From the NCBI RefSeq assembly GCF_004010195.1, contig NW_025215303.1, positions 25,002 through 57,194 of the forward strand: a DNA stretch of 32,193 nucleotides, given 5' to 3'. Below the pieces are notes generated by a model that saw only the letters and a list, made by a program, of their open reading frames with translations, did no database searches and was not told the DNA's origin. Numbering within the stretch: the first letter of the stretch is position 1; each line of letters begins with the position of its first letter. Source of the DNA: Chiloscyllium plagiosum. Taxonomy: Eukaryota. This document shows, piece by piece, positions 22,775 to 32,193 of this stretch. The position numbers and the translations under genes are program-made.

Positions 22775-23109
22775 CTGAGAGCCGAAGGGGCATGGGGTGG
22801 TCCGAGAGCCAAAGGGGACGGGTTGCCTTTGAGTGGCCAGAAGGTGGAAGGGGCAAGTCATTTGCTGGTTTACCAGGAGTGTCTGTGGAATTATACACTG
22901 GTTTATTGTTCAGTGTTCCTGTCTACTGTTCCTTTTTGGCAAGATAAGATGGGATTTGGGGTTCGCCCACCTTTCGCTGTGAGCTGATTGTATGGTCAGG
23001 CTTGGGTTTGGCCTTGCTACCCCTTTCCCCTGTAAATTGCTGTTTCTTGCAAACTGCTGTTTATCGTGCACCGTTGGTTGGTTGTATTTCATACGGTTTG
23101 ATAAAATAA

Positions 23110-24080
23110 ACATGAACAGGAGTGTCAACGGTGCTGTGCACTCTGAGAGCTGGCTCTGAGGGAGCTAGATCAGTGTCAAGGATTCTCCACATGGTAATAA
23201 AGACTAACTTGGTGATGGGATACCGGTCTCTGTGGAGTTAATTCAGTGGTGACAAAATTAAAGCACTCTCCTGAAGAAATTGACTCACAATAGTCGTCTT
23301 TGAGTTGGGATAAGCAATTCCGGCATCATGCCACTTTTGGGAAGCTCGTTCAATCCTGCCATCAAAGACTGGGCCTGGTATGTGGAAAGAATGCATTATT
23401 TATTTGGGGAAATGACATTGGGGCAGATGAAAAGTAATGAGTAATTCTCCTGACAGCCTGTGGACCCACAGCTTTTTTGGTTATTAGGAGCCTACTTTCC
23501 CTGAAGCAGCAGATACTAAAACCTATCAAGAGCTGACAGATTTAATTAAGGAATATTATGACTCCAGACCTTCTCTAATTCTGAGAGACACTATCAGTTA
23601 TACTCGTCAATTCAAGAACCAGGGGAATCTGCATTGGGATTTTTGACTAGGTTAAGATGTTTGGCAGAGGCAGGTGACTTTGGTTTAATTTTTAATGAGA
23701 TGTTGAGATACTGTTTGGTATGTGAGATTAATGATGTAACCGTGCAAAAGCACCTACTAGCTGAAGCCCAACTGGACTGCAACTGTTGGAAAATACATCA
23801 ACTAGAGCAGATGAGTTGCAGGGTATTTTGATGAAAGTGGACACCCTCACTGGACTAACTGAGCTTGGGAAAAATCACTTGAGTGAAGGTAATTGCATGT
23901 CCTGAACAAAGGGACTCTAGATCAGCCCACAGCAAAACCCCGAAACAAAGCCAAGCCTCTGCCAAATAGTTAACATTTTCTTCATGATCCAGGTCAGCAA
24001 GCCATTGACGTTGCAGCCAGTATGTGGACTCGAGAAAGCAGAAGATTCCCACTAAGCCTGAATAGAGTAAGAGAACTCAT
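23110..24080 (+). mobile_element. Gypsy-type LTR retrotransposon remnant: 3' part of the 5' LTR, PBS and pseudogenised gag
   Basis: The LTR ends ..AATTCA at 23245, followed by PBS-like TGGTGAC (23247-23253). From ATG 23328 frameshifted gag reads MPL..DWAWYVERM..NDIGADEK..VILLTACGPTAF..DTKTYQELTDLIKEYY..EPGESALGFLTRLRCLAEAGDFG..NEMLRYCLVCEINDVTVQKHLLAE. Confidence 0.85.
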
Positions 24081-24086
24081 CGATGG

Positions 24087-24313
24087 AAATGTGTTGCTGG
24101 AAAAGCGCAGCAGGTCAGGCAGCATCTAGGGAACAGGAGAATCGACGTTTCGGGCATTAGCCCTTCTTCAGGAATGAGGAAAGTTGGTCCAACAGGCTAA
24201 GATAAAAGATAGGGAGGAGGGACTTGGGGGAGGGGCGTCGGAAATGTGATAGGTGGAAAGAGGTCAAGGTGAGGGTGATAGGTCAGACGGGGGTGGGGGC
24301 GGAGAGGTCGGGA
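24087..24313 (-). mobile_element. Penelope-like pLTR fragment (family of 12835/14716), running into a gap
   Basis: AAATGTGTTGCTGGAAAAGCGCAGCAGGTCAGGCAGCATC..GAATCGACGTTTCGGGCATTAGCCCTTCTTCAGG closely matches the hairpin arms at 12835 and 14716. Confidence 0.8.
24140..24175 (-). ncRNA. Minimal type I hammerhead ribozyme with intact catalytic core
   Basis: Minus strand AUUC-CUGAAGA-A-GGGC-UAAU-GCCC-GAAAC-GUC-GAUU. Predicted cleavage is after the GUC (C at 24144). Stem I has 3 of 4 pairs. Confidence 0.7.
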
Positions 24314-24699
24314 NNNNNNNNNNNNNNNNNNNNNNNNNNNNNNNNNNNNNNNNNNNNNNNNNNNNNNNNNNNNNNNNNNNNNNNNNNNNNNNNNNNNNNN
24401 NNNNNNNNNNNNNNNNNNNNNNNNNNNNNNNNNNNNNNNNNNNNNNNNNNNNNNNNNNNNNNNNNNNNNNNNNNNNNNNNNNNNNNNNNNNNNNNNNNNN
24501 NNNNNNNNNNNNNNNNNNNNNNNNNNNNNNNNNNNNNNNNNNNNNNNNNNNNNNNNNNNNNNNNNNNNNNNNNNNNNNNNNNNNNNNNNNNNNNNNNNNN
24601 NNNNNNNNNNNNNNNNNNNNNNNNNNNNNNNNNNNNNNNNNNNNNNNNNNNNNNNNNNNNNNNNNNNNNNNNNNNNNNNNNNNNNNNNNNNNNNNNNNN

Positions 24700-27170
24700 A
24701 GGCAGAAAGGGAGGATCGGGGACAGGCAGAGAGGGAGGATCGGGGACAGGCAGAGAGGGAGGATCGGGGACAGGCAGAGAGGGAGGATCAGGGACAGACA
24801 GAGAGGGAGGGTCAGGAATGACAGGCAGAGAGGGAGGGTGAGGGACAGGCAGAGAGAGAGAGTCAGGGATAACTTGCAGAGAGGGAAAGTCAGAGACAGG
24901 CAGAGAGGGAGGGTCAGCGACAGGCAGAGAGGGAGGACCAGGGACAGGTAGAGAGGGAGGGTCAGGAATAGACAGAGAGGGAGGGTCAGGAATGACAGGC
25001 AGAGAGGGAGGGTCAGGGACAGGCACAGAGGGAGAGTCAGAGATGACTTGCAGAGAGGGAAAGTCAGAGACAAGCAGAGAGGGATGACCAGGGACAGGTA
25101 GAGAGGGAGGGTCTGGGATGAGAGGCCAGGAGGGAGGATCAGGGACAGGCAGAGAGGGAGGGTCAGGGACAGGCAGAGAGGGAGATTCAGGATGACAGAC
25201 AGAGAGGGATGGTCAGGGACAGGCAGAGAGTGAGGGTCAGGGTGAGACAGACAGGGAGTGAGGGTCAGGGTGAGACAGACAGGGAGGGTCAGGGACAGGG
25301 AGAGAGTAGAGTCAGGGACAGAGAGAGAGTCAGGGACAGACAGAGAGGGTGGGTCAGGGATAGGCAGAGAGGGAGAGTCAGGGACAGGCAGAGAGGGACG
25401 GTCAGGGTTACGCAGAGAGGGAGGATCAGGGACAGGCAGCGTGGGAGAGTCATGGACAGACAGAGAGGAAGGGTCAGGGATAGGCAGAGAGGGAGGATCA
25501 GGGACAGGCAGAGTGGGAGGATCAGGGACAGGCAGAGTGGGAGAGTCAGGGACAGGCAGAGAGGGAGGATCAGGGACAGGCAGAGAGGGAGAGTCAGGGA
25601 CAGGCAGAGAGGGNNNNNNNNNNNNNNNNNNNNNNNNNNNNNNNNNNNNNNNNNNNNNNNNNNNNNNNNNNNNNNNNNNNNNNNNNNNNNNNNNNNNNNN
25701 NNTCAGAGACAGGCAGAGAGGGAGGATCAGGGATAGGCAGAGAGAGAGGATCAGGGACAGGCAGAGAGGGAGAGTCAGGGACAGGCAGAGAGGGAGAGTC
25801 AGGGATAGGCAGAGAGAGAGGATCCGGGACAAGCAGAGAGGGAGGATCAGGGATAGGCAGAGAGAGAGGATCCGGGACAAGCAGAGAGGGAGGATCAGGG
25901 ATAGGCAGAGAGGGAGGAACAGGGACAGGCAGAGAGGGAGGATCGGGGACAGGCAGAGAGGGAGAGTCAGNNNNNNNNNNNNNNNNNNNNNNNNNNNNNN
26001 NNNNNNNNNNNNNNNNNNNNNNNNNNNNNNNNNNNNNNNNNNNNNNNNNNNNNNNNNNNNNNNNNNNNNNNNNNNNNNNNNNNNNNNNNNNNNNNNNNNN
26101 NNNNNNNNNNNNNNNNNNNNNNNNNNNNNNNNNNNNNNNNNNNNNNNNNNNNNNNNNNNNNNNNNNNNNNNNNNNNNNNNNNNNNNNNNNNNNNNNNNNN
26201 NNNNNNNNNNNNNNNNNNNNNNNNNNNNNNNNNNNNNNNNNNNNNNNNNNNNNNNNNNNNNNNNNNNNNNNNNNNNNNNNNNNNNNNNNNNNNNNNNNNN
26301 NNNNNNNNNNNNNNNNNNNNNNNNNNNNNNNNNNNNNNNNNNNNNNNNNNNNNNNNNNNNNNNNNNNNNNNNNNNNNNNNNNNNNNNNNNNNNNNNNNNN
26401 NNNNNNNNNNNNNNNNNNNNNNNNNNNNNNNNNNNNNNNNNNNNNNNNNNNNNNNNNNNNNNNNNNNNNNNNNNNNNNNNNNNNNNNNNNNNNNNNNNNN
26501 NNNNNNNNNNNNNNNNNNNNNNNNNNNNNNNNNNNNNNNNNNNNNNNNNNNNNNNNNNNNNNNNNNNNNNNNNNNNNNNNNNNNNNNNNNNNNNNNNNNN
26601 NNNNNNNNNNNNNNNNNNNNNNNNNNNNNNNNNNNNNNNNNNNNNNNNNNNNNNNNNNNNNNNNNNNNNNNNNNNNNNNNNNNNNNNNNNNNNNNNNNNN
26701 NNNNNNNNNNNNNNNNNNNNNNNNNNNNNNNNNNNNNNNNNNNNNNNNNNNNNNNNNNNNNNNNNNNNNNNNNNNNNNNNNNAGAGAGGGAGGATCAGGG
26801 ACAGGCAGAGAGGGAGGATCAGGGACAGGCAGAGAGGGAGGATCGGGGACAGGCAGAGAGGGAGAGTCATGGACAGGCAGAGAGGGAGGATCATGGACAG
26901 GCTGAGACGGAGGATCAGGGACAGGCAGAGAGGGAGAGTCAGAGGCAGGCAGAGAGGGAGAGTCAGGGACAGGCAGAAAGGGAGCTTTAGGGATAGGCAG
27001 AGAGGGAGTGTTCGGGACAGGCGGAGAGGGAGAGTCAGGGACAGGCAGGGAGGGACAGTCAGGGACAGACTGAGAGAGAGAGTCAGGATAGGCACGGAAC
27101 ATTGGAGCAAAGAGAAATGAGAAAATGTCAGGGACAGTTAGAGAGAGAAAGAGAGGGTCTGGGACAGGCA
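24700..27170. repeat. 24-bp purine-rich minisatellite with two gaps
   Basis: Unit AGGGACAGGCAGAGAGGGAGGATC/AGTC; the ORF track shows the 8-aa period RGRIRDRQ. Confidence 0.95.
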
Positions 27171-28459
27171 GACAGTTTGACTAAGTAATAGAGAGAGTCA
27201 CAGATTTTCACACTGTCACAACACTAAACCTCATGACAGTGACAGTCATGAGTATCCCAAAGTGGCAGCAGCAGCAGGAACAGGAGATTTCCTTTGGTTG
27301 ACGAGTATTTCAGGAAATAGTGTTGGACAGGGACAGTGAGGTGAGTTTGCGAACCTCCTGGTGTTGATCAGTTAGCTCATGGCTGGGTGAGTTGTGGTGT
27401 AAATGTTACCTCAATGGCAAACAGTGCAGAAACTGATCGTTCCCAGCTAATCAGGGGAGAGATACAGAACATCAAACCCAATCTGTGCAACCACCACTGA
27501 ATCATACCAAGCAGCTAATACTCAGAGAGAAGTAACAGATGAAAACAGATAATAACACTAAAACACAGCAATGGTTTCTCAAAGATAAATCATATCTCCA
27601 TTAATAACAGCCTGCATTGATATAGTAACTTAAGGGAGGTGCGGGTCTTAGAGAAGAGGAGAGGTTGACAGAGGGGATTCCCAGTGTTTAGCAATTGACT
27701 AGCTGAAGGATGGTGGAATGATGATAAACATGCAGGAGAATTAGAGGAATGGTGGATCTGGATGCTGTTTGGAGGGTGTGGAATTGAGATGGACTAAGGA
27801 AACAGGGAGGAAGGTGAAGCGATGGGCTGCTTTGTAGACACGGCTGAGGAACCCAGAAACAAAAGCATTGCTCAGGCCGGAAAGCACAGGCGCTGATGGC
27901 TGAACAGGAGTCAGTATGAGTTAGCATCCAGAGATTTTAAGGACAGAAGGAATGGTAAGTTCGGAAGCCCAGATCAGAACCTGAACTCTCGAAAGGAAGG
28001 AAGTGCAAGACAGCAGCTGAAATGAAGAACCACTTTGTTTTTTTTCCAATTGGTGCATTGGTGAAGGTTACAGACTAGTGAGGACCTGTGGAGTCAGTTA
28101 AACCCAGCCTCAGAGTGAGTGACACGGTGTTGTGTTTGGAGTGTGGAGCTGGTGGAATGCCTTTTCTGTGCTGAAAACTGCAGCTGATTCATAACGTTTG
28201 TAAAGGTGCGCTGTACAACAGTGATATTACATACGGTGATCCAGAATGGTTTCTTCTAATGTAGCACACGAGGTACTCATTAAAGCTACCCTGAAAGGAC
28301 AAAATATAGTCATGTTCTAAACAGTGTGTACAGCCCAAGAGGGTTCATCCAGTTTTCAGTCTCACAGCATATGGTGGTATCCATACTCCTCTACCCTTAC
28401 ATCAGACCATCCTGACCTCCCTCCACACTACCACCAGGACCCACTGCTGTGATGGCACT

Positions 28460-28812
28460 GTGGGGGTGTCCACTGGGCTCTGGGGGTAGGGTGGGGGATA
28501 CTGGGCTCTGGGAGAGAGGGTGGGGTCCATTGGGCTCTGGGGGNNNNNNNNNNNNNNNNNNNNNNNNNNNNNNNNNNNNNNNNNNNNNNNNNNNNNNNNN
28601 NNNNNNNNNNNNNNNNNNNNNNNNNNNNNNNNNNNNNNNNNNNNNNNNNNNNNNNNNNNCTCTGGGGGGTAGGGTGGGGGGCACTGGGCTCTGGGGGATA
28701 GGGTGGGGGTCATTGGGCTCTGGGGGGTAGGGTGTGGGTCATTGGGCTCTGGAGGCGTAGGGTGGGGGTTATTGGGCTCTGGAGGAGTAGGGTGGAGGTC
28801 ATTGGGCTCTGG
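28460..28812. repeat. 30-bp G-rich minisatellite with a gap
   Basis: Unit approximately ATTGGGCTCTGGGGGGTAGGGTGGGGGTC; variant copies at 28741-28770 and 28771-28800 show the 30-nt period. Confidence 0.9.
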
Positions 28813-28865
28813 TCAAGATCAGCCCCGGGTGTCATCATCTCTGGCCCTGCCCCTGCCTATGTCTT

Positions 28866-29010
28866 GGATGTGTTCATGGATAGGAAAGGTTTATAGGGAT
28901 ATGGGCCAAGTGCTGGCAAATGGGACTAGCTCAGTTTAAGATATCTGATCGGCATGGACGAGTTGGACCGAAGGGTCTGTGTCCGTGCTGTACAATTGTG
29001 TGACTCTGTA
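28866..29010 (+). mobile_element. CR1-type LINE 3' end
   Basis: GGATAGGAAAGGTTTATAGGGATATGGGCCAAGTGCTGGCAAATGGGACTAG..GGCATGGACGAGTTGGACCGAAGGGTCTGTGTCCGTGCTGTAC. Confidence 0.85.
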
Positions 29011-29329
29011 ACCAGCCTCATTGCTATTTGGCTTCCTATCTCACCGAAGGCACAGTATGAGCGAGACGTCGTGCAGAACCCGACGTGGAGATTGCAGCAG
29101 GAACCTGGTGATGACAGCTCCCTGCTTTCTCTGAGGAGCTTCCCATGATGCTCAGGATCAAGCAGCATCACTGAACACAATCCACGGGCACGCGCCACAG
29201 GCACTCCTCCTCCATGCACATCGGCATCCGATATGTACGAACCCCCCACAACCATGATGGCATCTCTCAGGAGACACAGGGTTACGTTGCTGGGCACACT
29301 GGCAGCTGGCATTGAAAGGCACCAGCAGG

Positions 29330-29712
29330 GACACATTGCAGTCAGGGACCGGGCAGCCAGTTCAATGGACTCAACTTCAAGCTGTACCCCAGGTCTTCCT
29401 TAGTGAGTTCGCTCAGCGCCGACCTGCAATCGGTGCAATCAAAGGACAAGGGAGTTTGCCTTTGGTGATGAAAGCATCCATGGAGAAGCACAACCACCAG
29501 GCTTTGATTGAAAGGCTTTGGTGAGTCAGGAGGTAAGAGTTACTCACCGCAGTATTCCTAGCCTCTGACCTGCTCTTGCAGCTGCTGTACTTAAATGGTG
29601 AGTCCAATTGAGTTTCTGGTCAATGGTTAACATCCAGAATCAGTGATGGTAAAGCCATTGAATGTCAAGGGATGATGGTCAGATTCTCTTTCCATTGCCA
29701 ATGTGAGTGCCA
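29330..29712. repeat. Left arm of a 383-bp near-perfect inverted duplication
   Basis: Reverse complement of 30116-30498 with 2 mismatches found by eye. The ORF track shows identical peptides on opposite strands. Confidence 0.95.
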
Positions 29713-30115
29713 TTGGCCTTACACCTCCCCAGGCCCCCAGCCAACCCATCAACGTGGGTCACCTCTCCCTCCCAGTCCCTGCCAACACACTGTCCCCCCA
29801 TTAAAGCTAGGGTACTCCTGATCAATAACGAGAACCCCTCCTGCGATGACCCACAATACCGTCCATGCTTGGCTGTTTCTCTCCCTCACAAATGCTGTTG
29901 CCTCCCTTCAGGACAGTCACCTCACATCCCTCCAGAACCTGAACTCTTGGTCCCCCCCCAAACCCCATCAAATCCTGAAGAATAGGTTACCGAGTCTCGT
30001 CCCTCTGGCAGCCACGCCCACTCCCCACCCTCTGTAGTTTCTACTGGCAGACTGGCTGTGGCCCAGGCTCTGGGAGTGGCGTAAGTATACAGGCCCAGAG
30101 CTGAACTGGCCAGCC

Positions 30116-30498
30116 TGGCACTCACATTGGCAATGGAACGAGAATCTGACCAACATCCCTTGACATTCAATGGCTTTACCATCACTGATTCTGGATGTTA
30201 ACCATTGACCAGAAACTCAATTGGACTCACCATTTAAGTACAGCAGCTGCAAGAGCAGGTCAGAGGCTAGGAATACTGCGGTGAGTAACTCTTACCTCCT
30301 GACTCACCAAAGCCTTTCAATCAAAGCCTGGTGGTTGTGCTTCTCCATGGATGCTTTCATCACCAAAGGCAAACTCCCTTGTCCTTTGATTGCACCGATT
30401 GCAGGTCGGCGCTGAGCGAACTCACTAAGGAAGACCTGGGGTACAGCTTGAAGTTGAGTCCATTGAACTGGCTGCCCGGTCCCTGACTGCAATGTGTC
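30116..30498. repeat. Right arm of the inverted duplication; its inner part is a non-LTR retrotransposon RT C-terminal fragment (+)
   Basis: 30155-30310 gives PLTFNGFTIT..IDQKLNWTHHLSTAAARAGQRLGILR*VT, a relic of the LINE RT motif LGVTIDxKLNWxxHI. The outer part of about 190 bp is not recognisably LINE. Confidence 0.9.
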
Positions 30499-30572
30499 TC
30501 TCTCCCTCTCTCTCCCCCACCGCTCTCTCTCTCTCCCCCCCACCGCTCTCTCTCTCTCCCTCCCTCTTCCCC
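30499..30572. repeat. CT-rich simple repeat
   Basis: Two copies of CTCTCTCTCCCCCACCG-like sequence plus CT tracts, directly abutting the right inverted arm. Confidence 0.85.
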
Positions 30573-31458
30573 ACAGTTAATATCTGTTCCTTGCTTGCCG
30601 CTGTCACATTGTAGTTGATCATTGAGACAGTGCCAGTGGGAGTCGCATCTTCCATGTGGGGGGTCAGTGCTGGTGAGGTTCACCTGCCTCACCCACCATT
30701 CATAGGAGGGAGCTTCTTTCTTGGTCAGTGTAAGAAATAGAACACAGGCCCCTTGCTCTCTCTCCCCTCCCAGCACATAACCGAGCTGAAATAGTGAGAG
30801 ATTCCGGACAAAATCAGTGGGGATGAGACAAGCAATTGATCAGGTCTGAGATAAGACAGGTTGAAATACTGGGGGAGAGAAACCATGAAACAATGTGATG
30901 ATTTAATGGTGCTCCCTACGTGCTGGTGAGATTAATGACAGAATAGTCCACATCTACCTCAATAGCATTTGATGACACTGAGGCTCAATTTGTTAATTAA
31001 ATACATGCTTGTCATAACACATAGGTCAGATATCTGCCATTAATCTTGTGATTTTGATAGAAAGAAGGATAACTGAGATGGTTTGGCATCTTGGATTAAT
31101 TTTGATATGAAGCAGGAAAATCGTAGTCAATTATTTATGACAATGTTGTAAGATTAATTTCCCGTTGATAATTGTGTTTATAAATCAATTGCACACGTCC
31201 CAAAGTGACAGACATTTAAAGCATGGGTTGGAGACAGTCTTGTACACCAACCATTCCTGTGAAAGCACCTTTTTCTTATTTCTCAATGAATTAGAGAAAA
31301 GGGAACTTGCATTTAAATAGCACTGTTCATAATCTTACGAGGTTTCACAGGACCTCTCCGGCAAGCACAGCCCTTGGGAAACATGGTCACAGTTGTATTA
31401 TAGAAAAATGTAACACAATCTCCCTTTCCTACTTTTCTCTCTCTTACTGTTGGGGAAT

Positions 31459-31875
31459 GACACCAGGTTATAGTCCAACAGGCTTATTTGAGATAACAAG
31501 TTTTTGGCGTGCTGTCCTTATGTCAGGTGAAGTGAAGAGAGAACCCAGGCACAAACTTTATAATCAGACTGATCAAAAAATCATACACAGGGTGTGAGTG
31601 GATTGTCGACAGCCTGAATAATAGGTCTCTGCGGGTGATCAAGAGTGTTAGATGGTGTGAGTAAAGTATCAACAACTGAAAACAAGTGAAGGGATGACCT
31701 CTAATCTGATGAATTGAGGCAGTGAGATAATTACAAAAAAATAAAAGTAAGGTGATGCTGGAGACAAACCAAATGACAGAAATAACATGATAGGTATAAG
31801 AGTCACATGCTAAGGGTCAAACCAAAGTAACAAGTAATTTCCAAAACTGTACAAACTAATTTAGGGAGAGATCAT
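31459..31875 (-). mobile_element. Degenerate Penelope-like pLTR-derived element (another family) with decayed hammerhead
   Basis: CACCAGGTTATAGTCCAACAGG.TTATTTG terminus. Minus strand CACCTGACATAAGGACAGCACGCCAAAAACTTG looks like a decayed CUGANGA-stem-GAAA motif. Confidence 0.55.
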
Positions 31876-31884
31876 AGCATGTTA

Positions 31885-32193
31885 CCCCCTCAGCATTGCA
31901 CTCCCTCAACACCGCAGTCCCTCAGCGCTGACTTCCTCAACACTGCAGTCCCTCAGCACCGCACCCCTCAGCACCAGCCTTCTTCACCACTGCACTCCGT
32001 CAGCACCAAACCTCCTCAGCACCACACTCATTCAGCACTGCACGCCCTCAGCAACGCACTCCCTCATCACCGAACCTCCTCAGCACTGCATCCCCTCAGC
32101 ACTGCAATCCCTCAGCACTGCAGCCCCTCAGCACTGCAGCCCCTCAGCACTGCATCCCCTCAGCACTGCACTCCCCCAGCACTGCACCCCCTC
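31885..32193. repeat. 16-bp minisatellite running off the right edge
   Basis: CAGCACTGCA[T/G/A/C]CCCCT with starts at 32081, 32097, 32113, 32129, 32145, 32161 and 32177; more diverged to the left. Confidence 0.92.

Noticed and set aside
22780..23110. Possible LINE (L1/Tx1-like) 3' UTR ending in ATAAAATAAA
   Set aside because: No diagnostic motif recognised, so it cannot be classified from the sequence alone.
24224..27120. ORFs of 200-950 aa (RGRIRDRQ / LPLCLSL / PSLPVPD repeats)
   Set aside because: They come from a 24-nt minisatellite plus N gaps translated as X, and are open in several frames on both strands.
27340..27960. Possible old SINE head and L2-like fragment, with GTAAGT at 27955
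   Set aside because: Too diverged to delimit or classify, and the donor-like motif has no supported exon.

Overview
Eukaryotic, repeat-dominated genomic DNA, most likely from a cartilaginous fish (shark). This assignment is inferred from HE1-type tRNA SINEs, CR1 LINE 3' ends and Penelope-like element (PLE) relics. The window has six N gaps (2759-3470, 8862-8908, 24314-24699, 25614-25702, 25971-26782, 28544-28659), and I cannot support any intact host protein-coding gene. Bases 1-12018 are a 46-bp tandem array with higher-order blocks; the long minus-strand ORFs there are artefacts of the repeat. Bases 12-24 kb are a mosaic of SINE, CR1, Gypsy LTR/gag and about eight PLE-derived pieces, several carrying minimal hammerhead-ribozyme (HHR) motifs and forming TSD-flanked fold-back hairpins. 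Most notable are (i) a single 13-bp-TSD-flanked insertion in which two inverted PLE termini sandwich a tail-less CR1 fragment, with the same hammerhead G12>C change in both arms, (ii) an HHR with an intact catalytic core at about 24140-24175, and (iii) a near-perfect 383-bp inverted duplication (29330-29712 / 30116-30498) around a 403-bp spacer holding an exon-like segment. Further minisatellites (24-bp purine-rich, 30-bp G-rich, 16-bp) fill the right end. Family names come from my recognition of the sequences, not from database searches.
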